A stretch of 64,000 nucleotides of DNA from a virus (lineage: Duplodnaviria; Caudoviricetes), in the IMG/VR virus record IMGVR_UViG_2602041884_000001, positions 10,432 to 74,431 of that record. One strand, given 5' to 3'. Below are positions 27,361 to 34,896 of this stretch, piece by piece. The notes beneath the pieces were generated by a model. It saw only the letters and a program-made list of their open reading frames with translations. It had not been told where the DNA came from and ran no database searches. Each line of letters begins with the position of its first letter. Positions within the stretch are counted from its first letter, which is position 1. Both the position numbers and the translations under genes were made by a program.

Positions 27361-27770
27361 GAAGCTGGCGTAACTTTCGGAGCGGGAATTGGCGTCGGCT
27401 GCTTTGGCTCCTTCGCCACAGTGACAGGTTCCGCCTTCTTTTCCTGGTCTGAATCCTGCTCCCGTTGAGTCTGTTCGGGCTGCGATGGCTCGACAGACTC
27501 CGGTGCACCTAAAGGGGCTCGGCCCCCACGGCGGGACTCGAGCTCGAAGGCCGTCTTCGGCTCTCCATCTCCGTCGCCGAACAGTGCACGCGCGTCGGCT
27601 TCTGCGTCATCGCGAGCACTGTTTTCTTTCTGGAATGCAGTCTGCTCCATGTGAACTTGGAATGCAGTCTTCTCTGTAGGGGCTGTCTGCTTGGGTCGAA
27701 AGTCCACGTAGCTGGAGGAGTCTGTTCCAGTTATCGGATTCATTTCGTACGGTCCTGCAGGTGTCGACAC
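27357..27770 (-). CDS. hypothetical low-complexity protein
   Basis: Probable GTG start at 27770 after GAAGGG; repeated 'KTAF' motif. Confidence 0.65.
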   Translation of the reverse strand: MSTPAGPYEMNPITGTDSSSYVDFRPKQTAPTEKTAFQVHMEQTAFQKENSARDDAEADARALFGDGDGEPKTAFELESRRGGRAPLGAPESVEPSQPEQTQREQDSDQEKKAEPVTVAKEPKQPTPIPAPKVTPAS

Positions 27771-27797
27771 TTTGTGTCCCTTCGTGGTTGTGGTCCT

Positions 27798-27846
27798 ACC
27801 AACGGGTAGCGTATCATGCCGACACATTCATACGCTACCCGTTGGT
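27798..27846 (-). promoter_or_regulatory. 17-bp inverted repeat containing a putative promoter TAGCGT-18-TACGCT
   Basis: ACCAACGGGTAGCGTAT ... ATACGCTACCCGTTGGT. Confidence 0.55.
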
Positions 27847-27851
27847 GTTGC

Positions 27852-27965
27852 CTACTTGTTCTTGTTTTTCCCGTTGTTCTCGCCCCATGCGAACAGCAGG
27901 AAGACTGCCGCAAGTGTGATGACGATTGTCAGCACAATGATCTGAAACACCGTTTCCCAGCTCAT
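27852..27965 (-). CDS. small membrane protein (37 aa; not in ORF track)
   Basis: MSWETVFQIIVLTIVITLAAVFLLFAWGE...; GGGAGG RBS; ATGA overlap. Confidence 0.7.
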   Translation of the reverse strand: MSWETVFQIIVLTIVITLAAVFLLFAWGENNGKNKNK

Positions 27966-28216
27966 TTTGCCTCCCTTCTGTATCGACGTCGGAGCTTTCT
28001 AGCTTCCCGCCTATGCCGAAAGCTCATGTAGTACTCTTCAACCCACATATCGTGATTACTCACGATATAGAGTCTCTCGCACACTGGACACATCCAGATG
28101 GTTCCAGCGCCGTATGGCGGATTGTCTAGAAGCCAATCGTCCGCCGCCTCGTCCTTCTTGCGGGGCATCTCGCATACATGCAGTTCTGTGCGAGGCTTCA
28201 ACTTTAGGACCGGCAC
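27962..28216 (-). CDS. hypothetical protein (HxC..CxxC)
   Basis: ORF packs into the operon. Confidence 0.65.
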   Translation of the reverse strand: MPVLKLKPRTELHVCEMPRKKDEAADDWLLDNPPYGAGTIWMCPVCERLYIVSNHDMWVEEYYMSFRHRREARKLRRRYRREAK

Positions 28217-28410
28217 CTTGGCAACCTTCCCTGTTTCCGGAGACGCATGACCTCAAACAAACCTGCAATGTACCACCCGTTGCCCCTTGATCGCCACACG
28301 GCTCCACAGTAATCGCACGGTCCTAGAACCTTGTCGACACTTGCAGAGAGTGGAAAGAGCTTGGGCACGTCGGCACAGTGCTCGCAGTCAGAGGTCGGCA
28401 AAAGCGTCAT
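28204..28410 (-). CDS. hypothetical zinc-finger-like protein
   Basis: CEHC..CDYC; GGAGG RBS before ATG 28410. Confidence 0.6.
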   Translation of the reverse strand: MTLLPTSDCEHCADVPKLFPLSASVDKVLGPCDYCGAVWRSRGNGWYIAGLFEVMRLRKQGRLPRCRS

Positions 28411-29107
28411 GACTTTCCTCCTCCAGCGCACGAGCTGCGCGCTCGTACCGGACCTCGTCTAGCTCGATCGCAACGGCATTCCGGCCGCAAGACCTTGCCG
28501 CTCGAACGAGCGAGCCTGATCCGCCGAAGGGGTCAACAAGGAACGCACCCTCTTGCGTCGAGTGACGAATGAGTAGCTCCAGAAGTGCGCCCGGCTTCTC
28601 GTGCGGATGAATGAGCTTCTCTGGCCGGAGTTGGGGTACATGTAGTACACCGTTCCTCCGCTTCGCGTTTCGAGGCGCACGACCCTTCTTGAGAAAGATG
28701 ATGAACTCGTGCCCCTGGCCCCACGATTCCAGATCACCCATGCCTGGGCCATCCTTCTCCCAAACCAGGACTGCCTTGCGAACGAAGCCGTACTGAGCAC
28801 AGAAATCGTCGAGCATGACGAGCCAATCGCTGAGGACCTGGTATGCGGTGAAGACGTAGAGGTCGCAGTGCTCTTTGGTCTTGGGAAGCAAAGCCCCCAT
28901 AACCTCTTTGAACACCTTAATTGCAACCTCTGGAGACTCGTCATTGGCGATCTTTGTTGCATACTTCTTTCCGCCCTCAGTGACAGCCATGTTAGACAGG
29001 TTGTCCACCCCGAAGGGGGGGTCAGTGATAATGCAATCCACTGACCCCTCCTTGAAGCGCTGGCACAACTCTTCGGACTTGCCGTGCCAGATCTGATGGA
29101 TTTTCAC
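28388..29107 (-). CDS. DNA methyltransferase (N6-A/N4-C, beta class)
   Basis: TDPPF catalytic motif precedes HPHEKP and the DPFGGSGS SAM-binding motif. Confidence 0.9.
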   Translation of the reverse strand: MKIHQIWHGKSEELCQRFKEGSVDCIITDPPFGVDNLSNMAVTEGGKKYATKIANDESPEVAIKVFKEVMGALLPKTKEHCDLYVFTAYQVLSDWLVMLDDFCAQYGFVRKAVLVWEKDGPGMGDLESWGQGHEFIIFLKKGRAPRNAKRRNGVLHVPQLRPEKLIHPHEKPGALLELLIRHSTQEGAFLVDPFGGSGSLVRAARSCGRNAVAIELDEVRYERAARALEEESHDAFADL

Positions 29108-29370
29108 GGCAGATCGATCTCCGACTCGTCATCGAACTGAACATGCTGAAGCGTGAGCTTCTTGAGGGAGCCGCCGATTGAGCTGCTGATGTCATCGATG
29201 CCATCAGCGTCCTCCACGATTGCATCGAGGGTCGCAGTTCCGAGCTTCTCCAGCAGGTCCGAGTCGAGGTCGTCCTCTTCGATGCCCTCTTCTGACAGGA
29301 AGTTTTCGAGCTCGTCTTCCTCGACCGGCACACTGGGGTTGTCCAGTTCGATCTTAAGTGTGATGATCAT
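29104..29370 (-). CDS. hypothetical highly acidic protein
   Basis: 4-bp overlaps on both sides; very Asp/Glu-rich. Confidence 0.7.
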   Translation of the reverse strand: MIITLKIELDNPSVPVEEDELENFLSEEGIEEDDLDSDLLEKLGTATLDAIVEDADGIDDISSSIGGSLKKLTLQHVQFDDESEIDLP

Positions 29371-29600
29371 TCGTTCTTCTCCTTGGTTGTTTCTTCTTCG
29401 GTGACGGATACGAGTTTAACCTTGAGCTCCCCGCCGTATCCATGCGCAAGCTCTTCGAGTGTTACCGAACCTTCGCGGTAAACGTCGAGGTCAACGAGTA
29501 CTGCCTCTCGAGCATCCTCAACGAACTCGTCCTGATTGTAGTCCGCGAGTTCTATCTCCGCTCCGGTTATTTCTAACTGGAGCACGATCTTCTGGGTCAC
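29367..29600 (-). CDS. hypothetical acidic protein
   Basis: 4-bp overlaps. Confidence 0.7.
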   Translation of the reverse strand: MTQKIVLQLEITGAEIELADYNQDEFVEDAREAVLVDLDVYREGSVTLEELAHGYGGELKVKLVSVTEEETTKEKNE

Positions 29601-30496
29601 GACTCTTCGTCCTCCTTCAGGGAGTCTTCCGCCTCCTGGTGGAGCTTTAGGTTGCGCAGAATGTCGTCCTTGATGAACTCTGGAACCGTCGGACCCTGGC
29701 CACTCTTCGAGCCGAGACGATAGCTACCGTACTTGACATGAACCTGGCTGGTCATGTAGTATAGTCCGCGATCGAGCGTGCGCTGCAGCTTCTTGTTGAA
29801 CCGGAACCAGCCAAGCAGGCCAGGGTAGTTCTTTCGAAGCTGCTTCTGGAATGCCGGGTCGGTCAACCGAGCGAACGTGAAGCCCACCCAGGAGGCTACA
29901 TCGCCGATCCAGAACTCGTTTGTGAACTGGCTCGCCTCCATGAAGAGATCTTCTTCTGGGTTGGATGACGCGATGATGTCTGCCGGTGCGCAGAACTGAA
30001 ACATGCGATCCGATGCGCGACCAGAAGCACCACGCTGACCAGTGATTCCGAAGCCTCCGGGATCAGGGCCGACGATATCGCCCGAGTTCCGGCGAGGGTC
30101 CGCGATTCCGTAGTAAGCCTCCATGTAGTGCGGAAGCTGCGACTCGAGTCGCTCGGTAAGCGTCTCGAGTCCCCACTCTTGCATGATGTTTCCGGCGATC
30201 GTGGCACCCTGACTGTAGCCGATCAAGAACACAAGCGCGTTCGGATCGCTCGAGTCGATCGACTTGAGAATCTTGCGGAGATTCTTTTCGCCGTTCTTTA
30301 CCGAGTTGCTGTAGCTCGCCTTGTCTCCGTATGCGGAGGTGTACGGCACCGACATGCTGGTGATCTCGTACCCGAAGGCGATCGGCGGGAGCTTGTCGGT
30401 GATCGTCTTCGTGAACCCCACAGGGGGCAGTGGCGCAAGTGCTTCGTGGGTTTCCGACGTGCCTGGCACGCAGATTACATATGCACGCTTGGTCAT
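29597..30496 (-). CDS. lysin B-like cutinase/serine esterase
   Basis: VPGTSE, GYSQGA nucleophile elbow, IADPRR, C...D and HVKY; likely ATG at 30496. Confidence 0.85.
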   Translation of the reverse strand: MTKRAYVICVPGTSETHEALAPLPPVGFTKTITDKLPPIAFGYEITSMSVPYTSAYGDKASYSNSVKNGEKNLRKILKSIDSSDPNALVFLIGYSQGATIAGNIMQEWGLETLTERLESQLPHYMEAYYGIADPRRNSGDIVGPDPGGFGITGQRGASGRASDRMFQFCAPADIIASSNPEEDLFMEASQFTNEFWIGDVASWVGFTFARLTDPAFQKQLRKNYPGLLGWFRFNKKLQRTLDRGLYYMTSQVHVKYGSYRLGSKSGQGPTVPEFIKDDILRNLKLHQEAEDSLKEDEES

Positions 30497-30497
30497 G

Positions 30498-30983
30498 TCA
30501 GTACTTCCGTCCGTGCTTGTAGGGGCGAGTGGTGTTGTAGTCCATCTTGAAGATGAGCGCCTCGGCGAGCGGGAGTGCCCGACCCTCTGCCGAGTCGCCG
30601 CAGCGAATGAAGATGTCTGCGAACTCGGCGGCGGCACCTTCGGCCTTGCGTGGTGAGCCGTCCTCGTTGTACGGATCGAGCGGGAAGTTTTCGCCGGACT
30701 CATCCGCCTTGAACCAGAGCGACGGCTCGCCCGAACGGTTCGACTCCAGCGCTTCGCTGACTTCGGAGTGAATGAGTGCGATCTCCTCGGAGAACGGTCG
30801 ATCGCCCTCGTGGAACCCCTTGCTTTCGGTGGTCGCCCAGGCGGCGGCCTGGAGCAGGTTGATCGCCTCGTAGATCAGCGTTCGGCCCTCGTCGTTCAGT
30901 ACGCCGGTCTTCGGGTCGTAGAACGAGTCGATGTTTCGCGCTCCGAGGAACGGGAGTGCCTGGTCGGGTGTAGGGTATGTCAT
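30498..30983 (-). CDS. MazG-like nucleotide pyrophosphohydrolase
   Basis: IALIHSEVSEALE..EFADIFIR..KMDYN..RPYKHG. Confidence 0.85.
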   Translation of the reverse strand: MTYPTPDQALPFLGARNIDSFYDPKTGVLNDEGRTLIYEAINLLQAAAWATTESKGFHEGDRPFSEEIALIHSEVSEALESNRSGEPSLWFKADESGENFPLDPYNEDGSPRKAEGAAAEFADIFIRCGDSAEGRALPLAEALIFKMDYNTTRPYKHGRKY

Positions 30984-31135
30984 TTCTTGCTCTCTCTTGT
31001 TACGATGTGGCCGCTAATCTTGTTAACGTACCTGATTTTATTGTTCATTACTCCGTCGTACTTGAGAATGAACCTGTCCAGAAACTCGAAGCGTTGCAGA
31101 AACATTCCGAGTCGTTCGCGTTTTGAGTATCCCAC
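30980..31135 (-). CDS. small hypothetical protein (51 aa; not in ORF track)
   Basis: GTG..TGA fills the gap, overlapping both neighbours. Confidence 0.5.
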   Translation of the reverse strand: MGYSKRERLGMFLQRFEFLDRFILKYDGVMNNKIRYVNKISGHIVTRESKK

Positions 31136-31710
31136 TAGGGCTCCCACTCGTTGTCTGTGATATCGTTACCGCCGAGCTCTGCTCGAATCATCTCTTCCCA
31201 TGCCTGCTGGCCAGCGGGCGAGAACATTTCTGTCGAGTGACAGATGGCAGTAGCCTCTGGGTTGAACTCTGCGACGCTGTGTCGAACCTCGATCACGACG
31301 AACGGCAGAGTGCTTGACCTTTGTTCTGCGTGCAGCCGGGATTCGACGCGGATCACATGGCGGTCGTTGTCGATGCTGCCGCCCTGCATCGCGTCCTCTG
31401 TTCCCTTTTGCATGTTGGTCACGTCGGCCCAGTTGCGAGTTAAAGTGGCACCACTCGCTATCTTGGTTTTCGTTAGCTGCCGACTGAATGTGAACCTGAT
31501 GCTGTAGTATGGGCCGGGAAGGTTGTGAAGACCAGTGAGAACCAGCTCGTCCTCGAGTGCGTTCTGATACATCTTCAGAACCTGGTTCGGCGTGATCTTT
31601 GTGATCCTCTTCTTGTTCTTGAGTGGAATCACCTGGACCTTGCCCATTGCCCAGGGCTCTGGATTCAGGGGGAACGCAGCAGCTACTACATTCTCGAAGC
31701 TACTAGTCAT
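31135..31710 (-). CDS. RusA-like Holliday junction resolvase
   Basis: ADVTNMQKGTEDAM..IDNDRHV matches RusA DxxN..K..D..DD; likely ATG at 31710. Confidence 0.75.
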   Translation of the reverse strand: MTSSFENVVAAAFPLNPEPWAMGKVQVIPLKNKKRITKITPNQVLKMYQNALEDELVLTGLHNLPGPYYSIRFTFSRQLTKTKIASGATLTRNWADVTNMQKGTEDAMQGGSIDNDRHVIRVESRLHAEQRSSTLPFVVIEVRHSVAEFNPEATAICHSTEMFSPAGQQAWEEMIRAELGGNDITDNEWEP

Positions 31711-31888
31711 CCTCTGACTCCAGATCAAAGACATCGCGCGAGTTGGTGAAGCTGATGTTATGTCTTTCCAACTCGGCTTGCGCATCGAGCATGATGTACT
31801 TTGCTCGATCTACTTTCTTTGCGTCTTCGAGTGGAACTCGAATCGTAAGGCTCATGATTACGATTCTCTCAGACACTTCGATCACCAT
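31703..31888 (-). CDS. hypothetical protein
   Basis: ORF packs into the operon. Confidence 0.55.
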   Translation of the reverse strand: MVIEVSERIVIMSLTIRVPLEDAKKVDRAKYIMLDAQAELERHNISFTNSRDVFDLESEDD

Positions 31889-32234
31889 ACTCTAGTCGAT
31901 GTAGCTGACCCTGTGCGCCCAGGGACCAGACCTTGAACTTGAGGAAGTCTGCGACGTTGAGCTCGTTCATCGCGCCGCGCGAACCTCGCCAGCCGCTCAG
32001 GAGAACGAGGTCGGTGCAGTCTAGCATGGCGCGGAGCGACTCGCGCGCATACACCTCGTACGGAAGCGAGCCCGGAACGCCTGGAAGGGCCCGGGCCGTC
32101 TCGGCTGGCGAGACGACTTCGTATCCGGCCTTGCGCAGGGCAACCGCCGCCTCGTCGAACGCGCCGAAGTTGTGATCTTTCTTTCCGCTCATCGGCCCAG
32201 CGATGTACAGTCGCCGCAGTGTGCTAATTGCCAT
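31869..32234 (-). CDS. DUF4406 / nucleoside deoxyribosyltransferase-like protein
   Basis: YIAGPMSG..NF.AF..V.SPAE..C..L.GW..SRGA..E. Confidence 0.8.
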   Translation of the reverse strand: MAISTLRRLYIAGPMSGKKDHNFGAFDEAAVALRKAGYEVVSPAETARALPGVPGSLPYEVYARESLRAMLDCTDLVLLSGWRGSRGAMNELNVADFLKFKVWSLGAQGQLHRLEYGDRSV

Positions 32235-33363
32235 CCTTCTTGATCTCCTTCATGTCGATGCGCGGCATGATCGCCGCCTCGTATCCACCGACCGCCTGAA
32301 CCTTGACGACCGAGACCGGCTTCGAGGGGTTGTAGAACATCGTGAGTTCTTTTGTAGGCGACTTCGATATCGCCTCCGTGAAGAACTCAATCGAGAAGAT
32401 GTATCGAACCAGCTCGTCGTGCGGAGCATCCTCGATCAGGAGGATCGACTCCTCGATCTCTTCGGACGAGTCCCTGTCTCGAATTGCCAGCGTCATCATC
32501 TCGCCCACGATGAACACATCGAGTGCGATCTGCCGATCGGCACGCCCAACCTTCGAGACGCGGTTGAGTGCATTGACAACCTCGTCGCGGTTGAATGAGA
32601 TAGAAGCCTCGTACTCCTTCTCCATGACGCGGTTCACCGGGTCGAAGCCCGGGTCGAACATCGTGCACTTGATGAGAATATCCTCGGTCGGAGACATGAC
32701 GAGGTGGTTGCCGATCACGCCCACCTCAACCTCCTCGAGCGTGCGGAGGATTGGGGACACAAGCTGGTAAGGAATGACGACGTTCTCGCGTCCGTCCTTG
32801 AACTTGTACTCGTTCGGCACCCGAACCAAGGCGATCCCGTTCGTCGCGCAGAGGTAATCCTCGTCCATGTAGACTCCACACCTGGGTGGCATGCCGTCGT
32901 TGGTGGTTGCCCAGCCTACCAGGTCCATGCGAGCGCCGAGGCCGGTCATCTGAATCATGTTCTCGGGCTCGTACAAGAAGTGCTCGATGTCTGGATACTC
33001 ACCGCCCCGAATGAGCGGAGTCGTAGCCTTCATTCGACCACTGGTCATGCGAATCTTTCCGCCCTCGTCCTTCATCTTGATGTTGCCCTTGACGGACAGG
33101 TTCGAGATGATTCCAGGGGTTGACACGGACGAGACGCGCCACGACACTGCCTGATCGACTTCCATGTTCACCGGGTACAGGTACTCGGTGTAGTACAGCT
33201 CGCCGTTCGTTGCACGAAGCGTTACGAACTCTTCGTCGGGATTAATGTCAAAGACAAACCCCTTGAACATGTCAAACTCGCGGCCTCGTGTGGGAGCAAC
33301 CGTGTTTGCGCGCTTGATGGCATCCGCCAGCGTTGCGTTGTTGAACTCGATTACTGTAGCCAC
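32224..33363 (-). CDS. DNA polymerase III beta sliding clamp-like protein
   Basis: 379 aa; LRATN, EYP, GV..ATNG..L and C-terminal IMPR motifs of DnaN. Confidence 0.8.
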   Translation of the reverse strand: MATVIEFNNATLADAIKRANTVAPTRGREFDMFKGFVFDINPDEEFVTLRATNGELYYTEYLYPVNMEVDQAVSWRVSSVSTPGIISNLSVKGNIKMKDEGGKIRMTSGRMKATTPLIRGGEYPDIEHFLYEPENMIQMTGLGARMDLVGWATTNDGMPPRCGVYMDEDYLCATNGIALVRVPNEYKFKDGRENVVIPYQLVSPILRTLEEVEVGVIGNHLVMSPTEDILIKCTMFDPGFDPVNRVMEKEYEASISFNRDEVVNALNRVSKVGRADRQIALDVFIVGEMMTLAIRDRDSSEEIEESILLIEDAPHDELVRYIFSIEFFTEAISKSPTKELTMFYNPSKPVSVVKVQAVGGYEAAIMPRIDMKEIKKDGN

Positions 33364-33364
33364 A

Positions 33365-33562
33365 TCACTCCTTTACTGAGAATCTTACGGTTGAGACGCC
33401 AGCGTGTTTGGAATCAGCGTCGTCTGGAATTGTACTTACCCCTACCTCGACATAAGTGTCCTCGTCGAGTCCAGCAACGAACGAGGCAAGATCTTTCACC
33501 CGAAGGTTCCCGGTTGAAGTTGGGGTTGTAAAAGACAAGCGCCTATCCCTGTAGACCGCCAT
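33365..33562 (-). CDS. hypothetical protein
   Basis: Fills the gap in the operon. Confidence 0.6.
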   Translation of the reverse strand: MAVYRDRRLSFTTPTSTGNLRVKDLASFVAGLDEDTYVEVGVSTIPDDADSKHAGVSTVRFSVKE

Positions 33563-33563
33563 A

Positions 33564-34184
33564 TCACGACTCTGGAAGAATCATCGCGGTAGCTGCGGTC
33601 TTGGTAACCCACTTGTCGATCCGGCGTTCGAGGTCGACGGAGTGCTGAATGTCGACAAGCGGTCGGTGATCGGGCGAGTCGGACCGGAACTTGGTCTCGT
33701 CGTTGTCGATCTTCTTCCACAGGAGCGGGTTGGTAACCTTGAGGCGCTCCATGTCCGACGACGAGTCGATGTTGCGGTAGTGGAAGAAGTCGTTCAGCTC
33801 CGGCATCTTGGCCGCCATGAAGCGGCGATCGAAGTGAACCGAGCTTCCCCACACCGGAAGTCGCTTCGCACCCCAGGCCTTGACGACCTCGAGGATCGAA
33901 GCCTCGGCCTCGAAGTACTGGCGAGGCATGACGCCTCGCTCCTGCAGAGACTCGAGCTCTCCGAGCAGGCCAGACTTGCGGTGCATGCGAACGATGAAGT
34001 CGTCGAGGTCGTTGCTCTTGAGGCGTGCCGCGAGCTGCGGAGTCCAGATCACAGCCTGGTGGGACTCTGTGATCTCCCATGTGCGGGTGTCGACTCGGGC
34101 AATGCCGAACTCGATCATCTCTTCCTTGTTCGCATCCAGGCCGGTGGTCTCGACGTCGATGAATACTGCTTCGTACGGCTTCAT
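33564..34184 (-). CDS. oligoribonuclease-like DEDDh exonuclease
   Basis: IDVETTGLD, MH.KSGL, GSSVHFDRRF..MPEL..FHYRNID.SS and HR...DI, all Orn hallmarks. Confidence 0.85.
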   Translation of the reverse strand: MKPYEAVFIDVETTGLDANKEEMIEFGIARVDTRTWEITESHQAVIWTPQLAARLKSNDLDDFIVRMHRKSGLLGELESLQERGVMPRQYFEAEASILEVVKAWGAKRLPVWGSSVHFDRRFMAAKMPELNDFFHYRNIDSSSDMERLKVTNPLLWKKIDNDETKFRSDSPDHRPLVDIQHSVDLERRIDKWVTKTAATAMILPES

Positions 34185-34372
34185 GAGTTTGACTCCTTGA
34201 TGTATTTGTGCACGTCTGACCGGGGGATCAGCCAGGACTTGCCGGGTCGGCTTGCGTTCGGGAACACTCCTTCGCGCAACTTAACTCGCACGGTCGCTTC
34301 TGTGACCATGAGAATTTCTGACACTTCGCGCGTGTTGAGTAGCTCTTGATCTGGCGCGATTCTCACTGTCAC
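34181..34372 (-). CDS. excisionase-like helix-turn-helix DNA-binding protein
   Basis: LLNTREVSEIL.V...TVR..G..WLIP. Confidence 0.85.
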   Translation of the reverse strand: MTVRIAPDQELLNTREVSEILMVTEATVRVKLREGVFPNASRPGKSWLIPRSDVHKYIKESNS

Positions 34373-34661
34373 TCCTTTCGTAGTAGCTATCTATTGCTTT
34401 GGCTTCATCTACAACCTCTAGGTCATATACCATGACCTTCATTCTGCAGGCAGAACAGAGTCCTTCGGACCTGCGCAACTCTACCGATCCGCTGGGGTGT
34501 CTCTTGTCCCACTCTATGTAATAGTCGAACGAAGATGTCATATGCATTGACGACAGTCCATATTGACTGTCGAGTGCTACCGGCGTGATGTCGGCCAGCG
34601 CGTCCTTCGGCATCCCGCACCACTTGACGTGACTGATGCAGCCGTTAGCCTTCATCCTCAT
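34281..34661 (-). CDS. hypothetical protein
   Basis: Fills the gap; 3' end overlaps the HTH gene by ~90 nt. Confidence 0.45.
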   Translation of the reverse strand: MRMKANGCISHVKWCGMPKDALADITPVALDSQYGLSSMHMTSSFDYYIEWDKRHPSGSVELRRSEGLCSACRMKVMVYDLEVVDEAKAIDSYYERSDSENRARSRATQHARSVRNSHGHRSDRAS

Positions 34662-34896
34662 CGCCAGCCTTGAGCCATGCGAGGAGCCTCTCGGACACTG
34701 TAATGATCAGCTCTGATCGCTTCACGCCGGGCGTGTTTCCGGTGCCCATGTAGATATCTGTCGCACACCTCATCGCAAGCATGCGCAACTCGCGCTCGGT
34801 TGTTGCCGAGCCGATCTGCATTGCAGGGCCTAGCGCAATTGCGGAGTTGTCTCCGCTGATCGGCCCGAGCGTGTAGTCTCTCTGTGTCTCTTCCAT
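34645..34896 (-). CDS. hypothetical protein
   Basis: ATG overlaps the helicase stop. Confidence 0.65.
   Translation of the reverse strand: MEETQRDYTLGPISGDNSAIALGPAMQIGSATTERELRMLAMRCATDIYMGTGNTPGVKRSELIITVSERLLAWLKAGDEDEG

Noticed and set aside
34181-34372. Excisionase implying a temperate lifestyle
   Set aside because: No integrase, attP or repressor was recognised in the window, and this HTH family is common in lytic phages.
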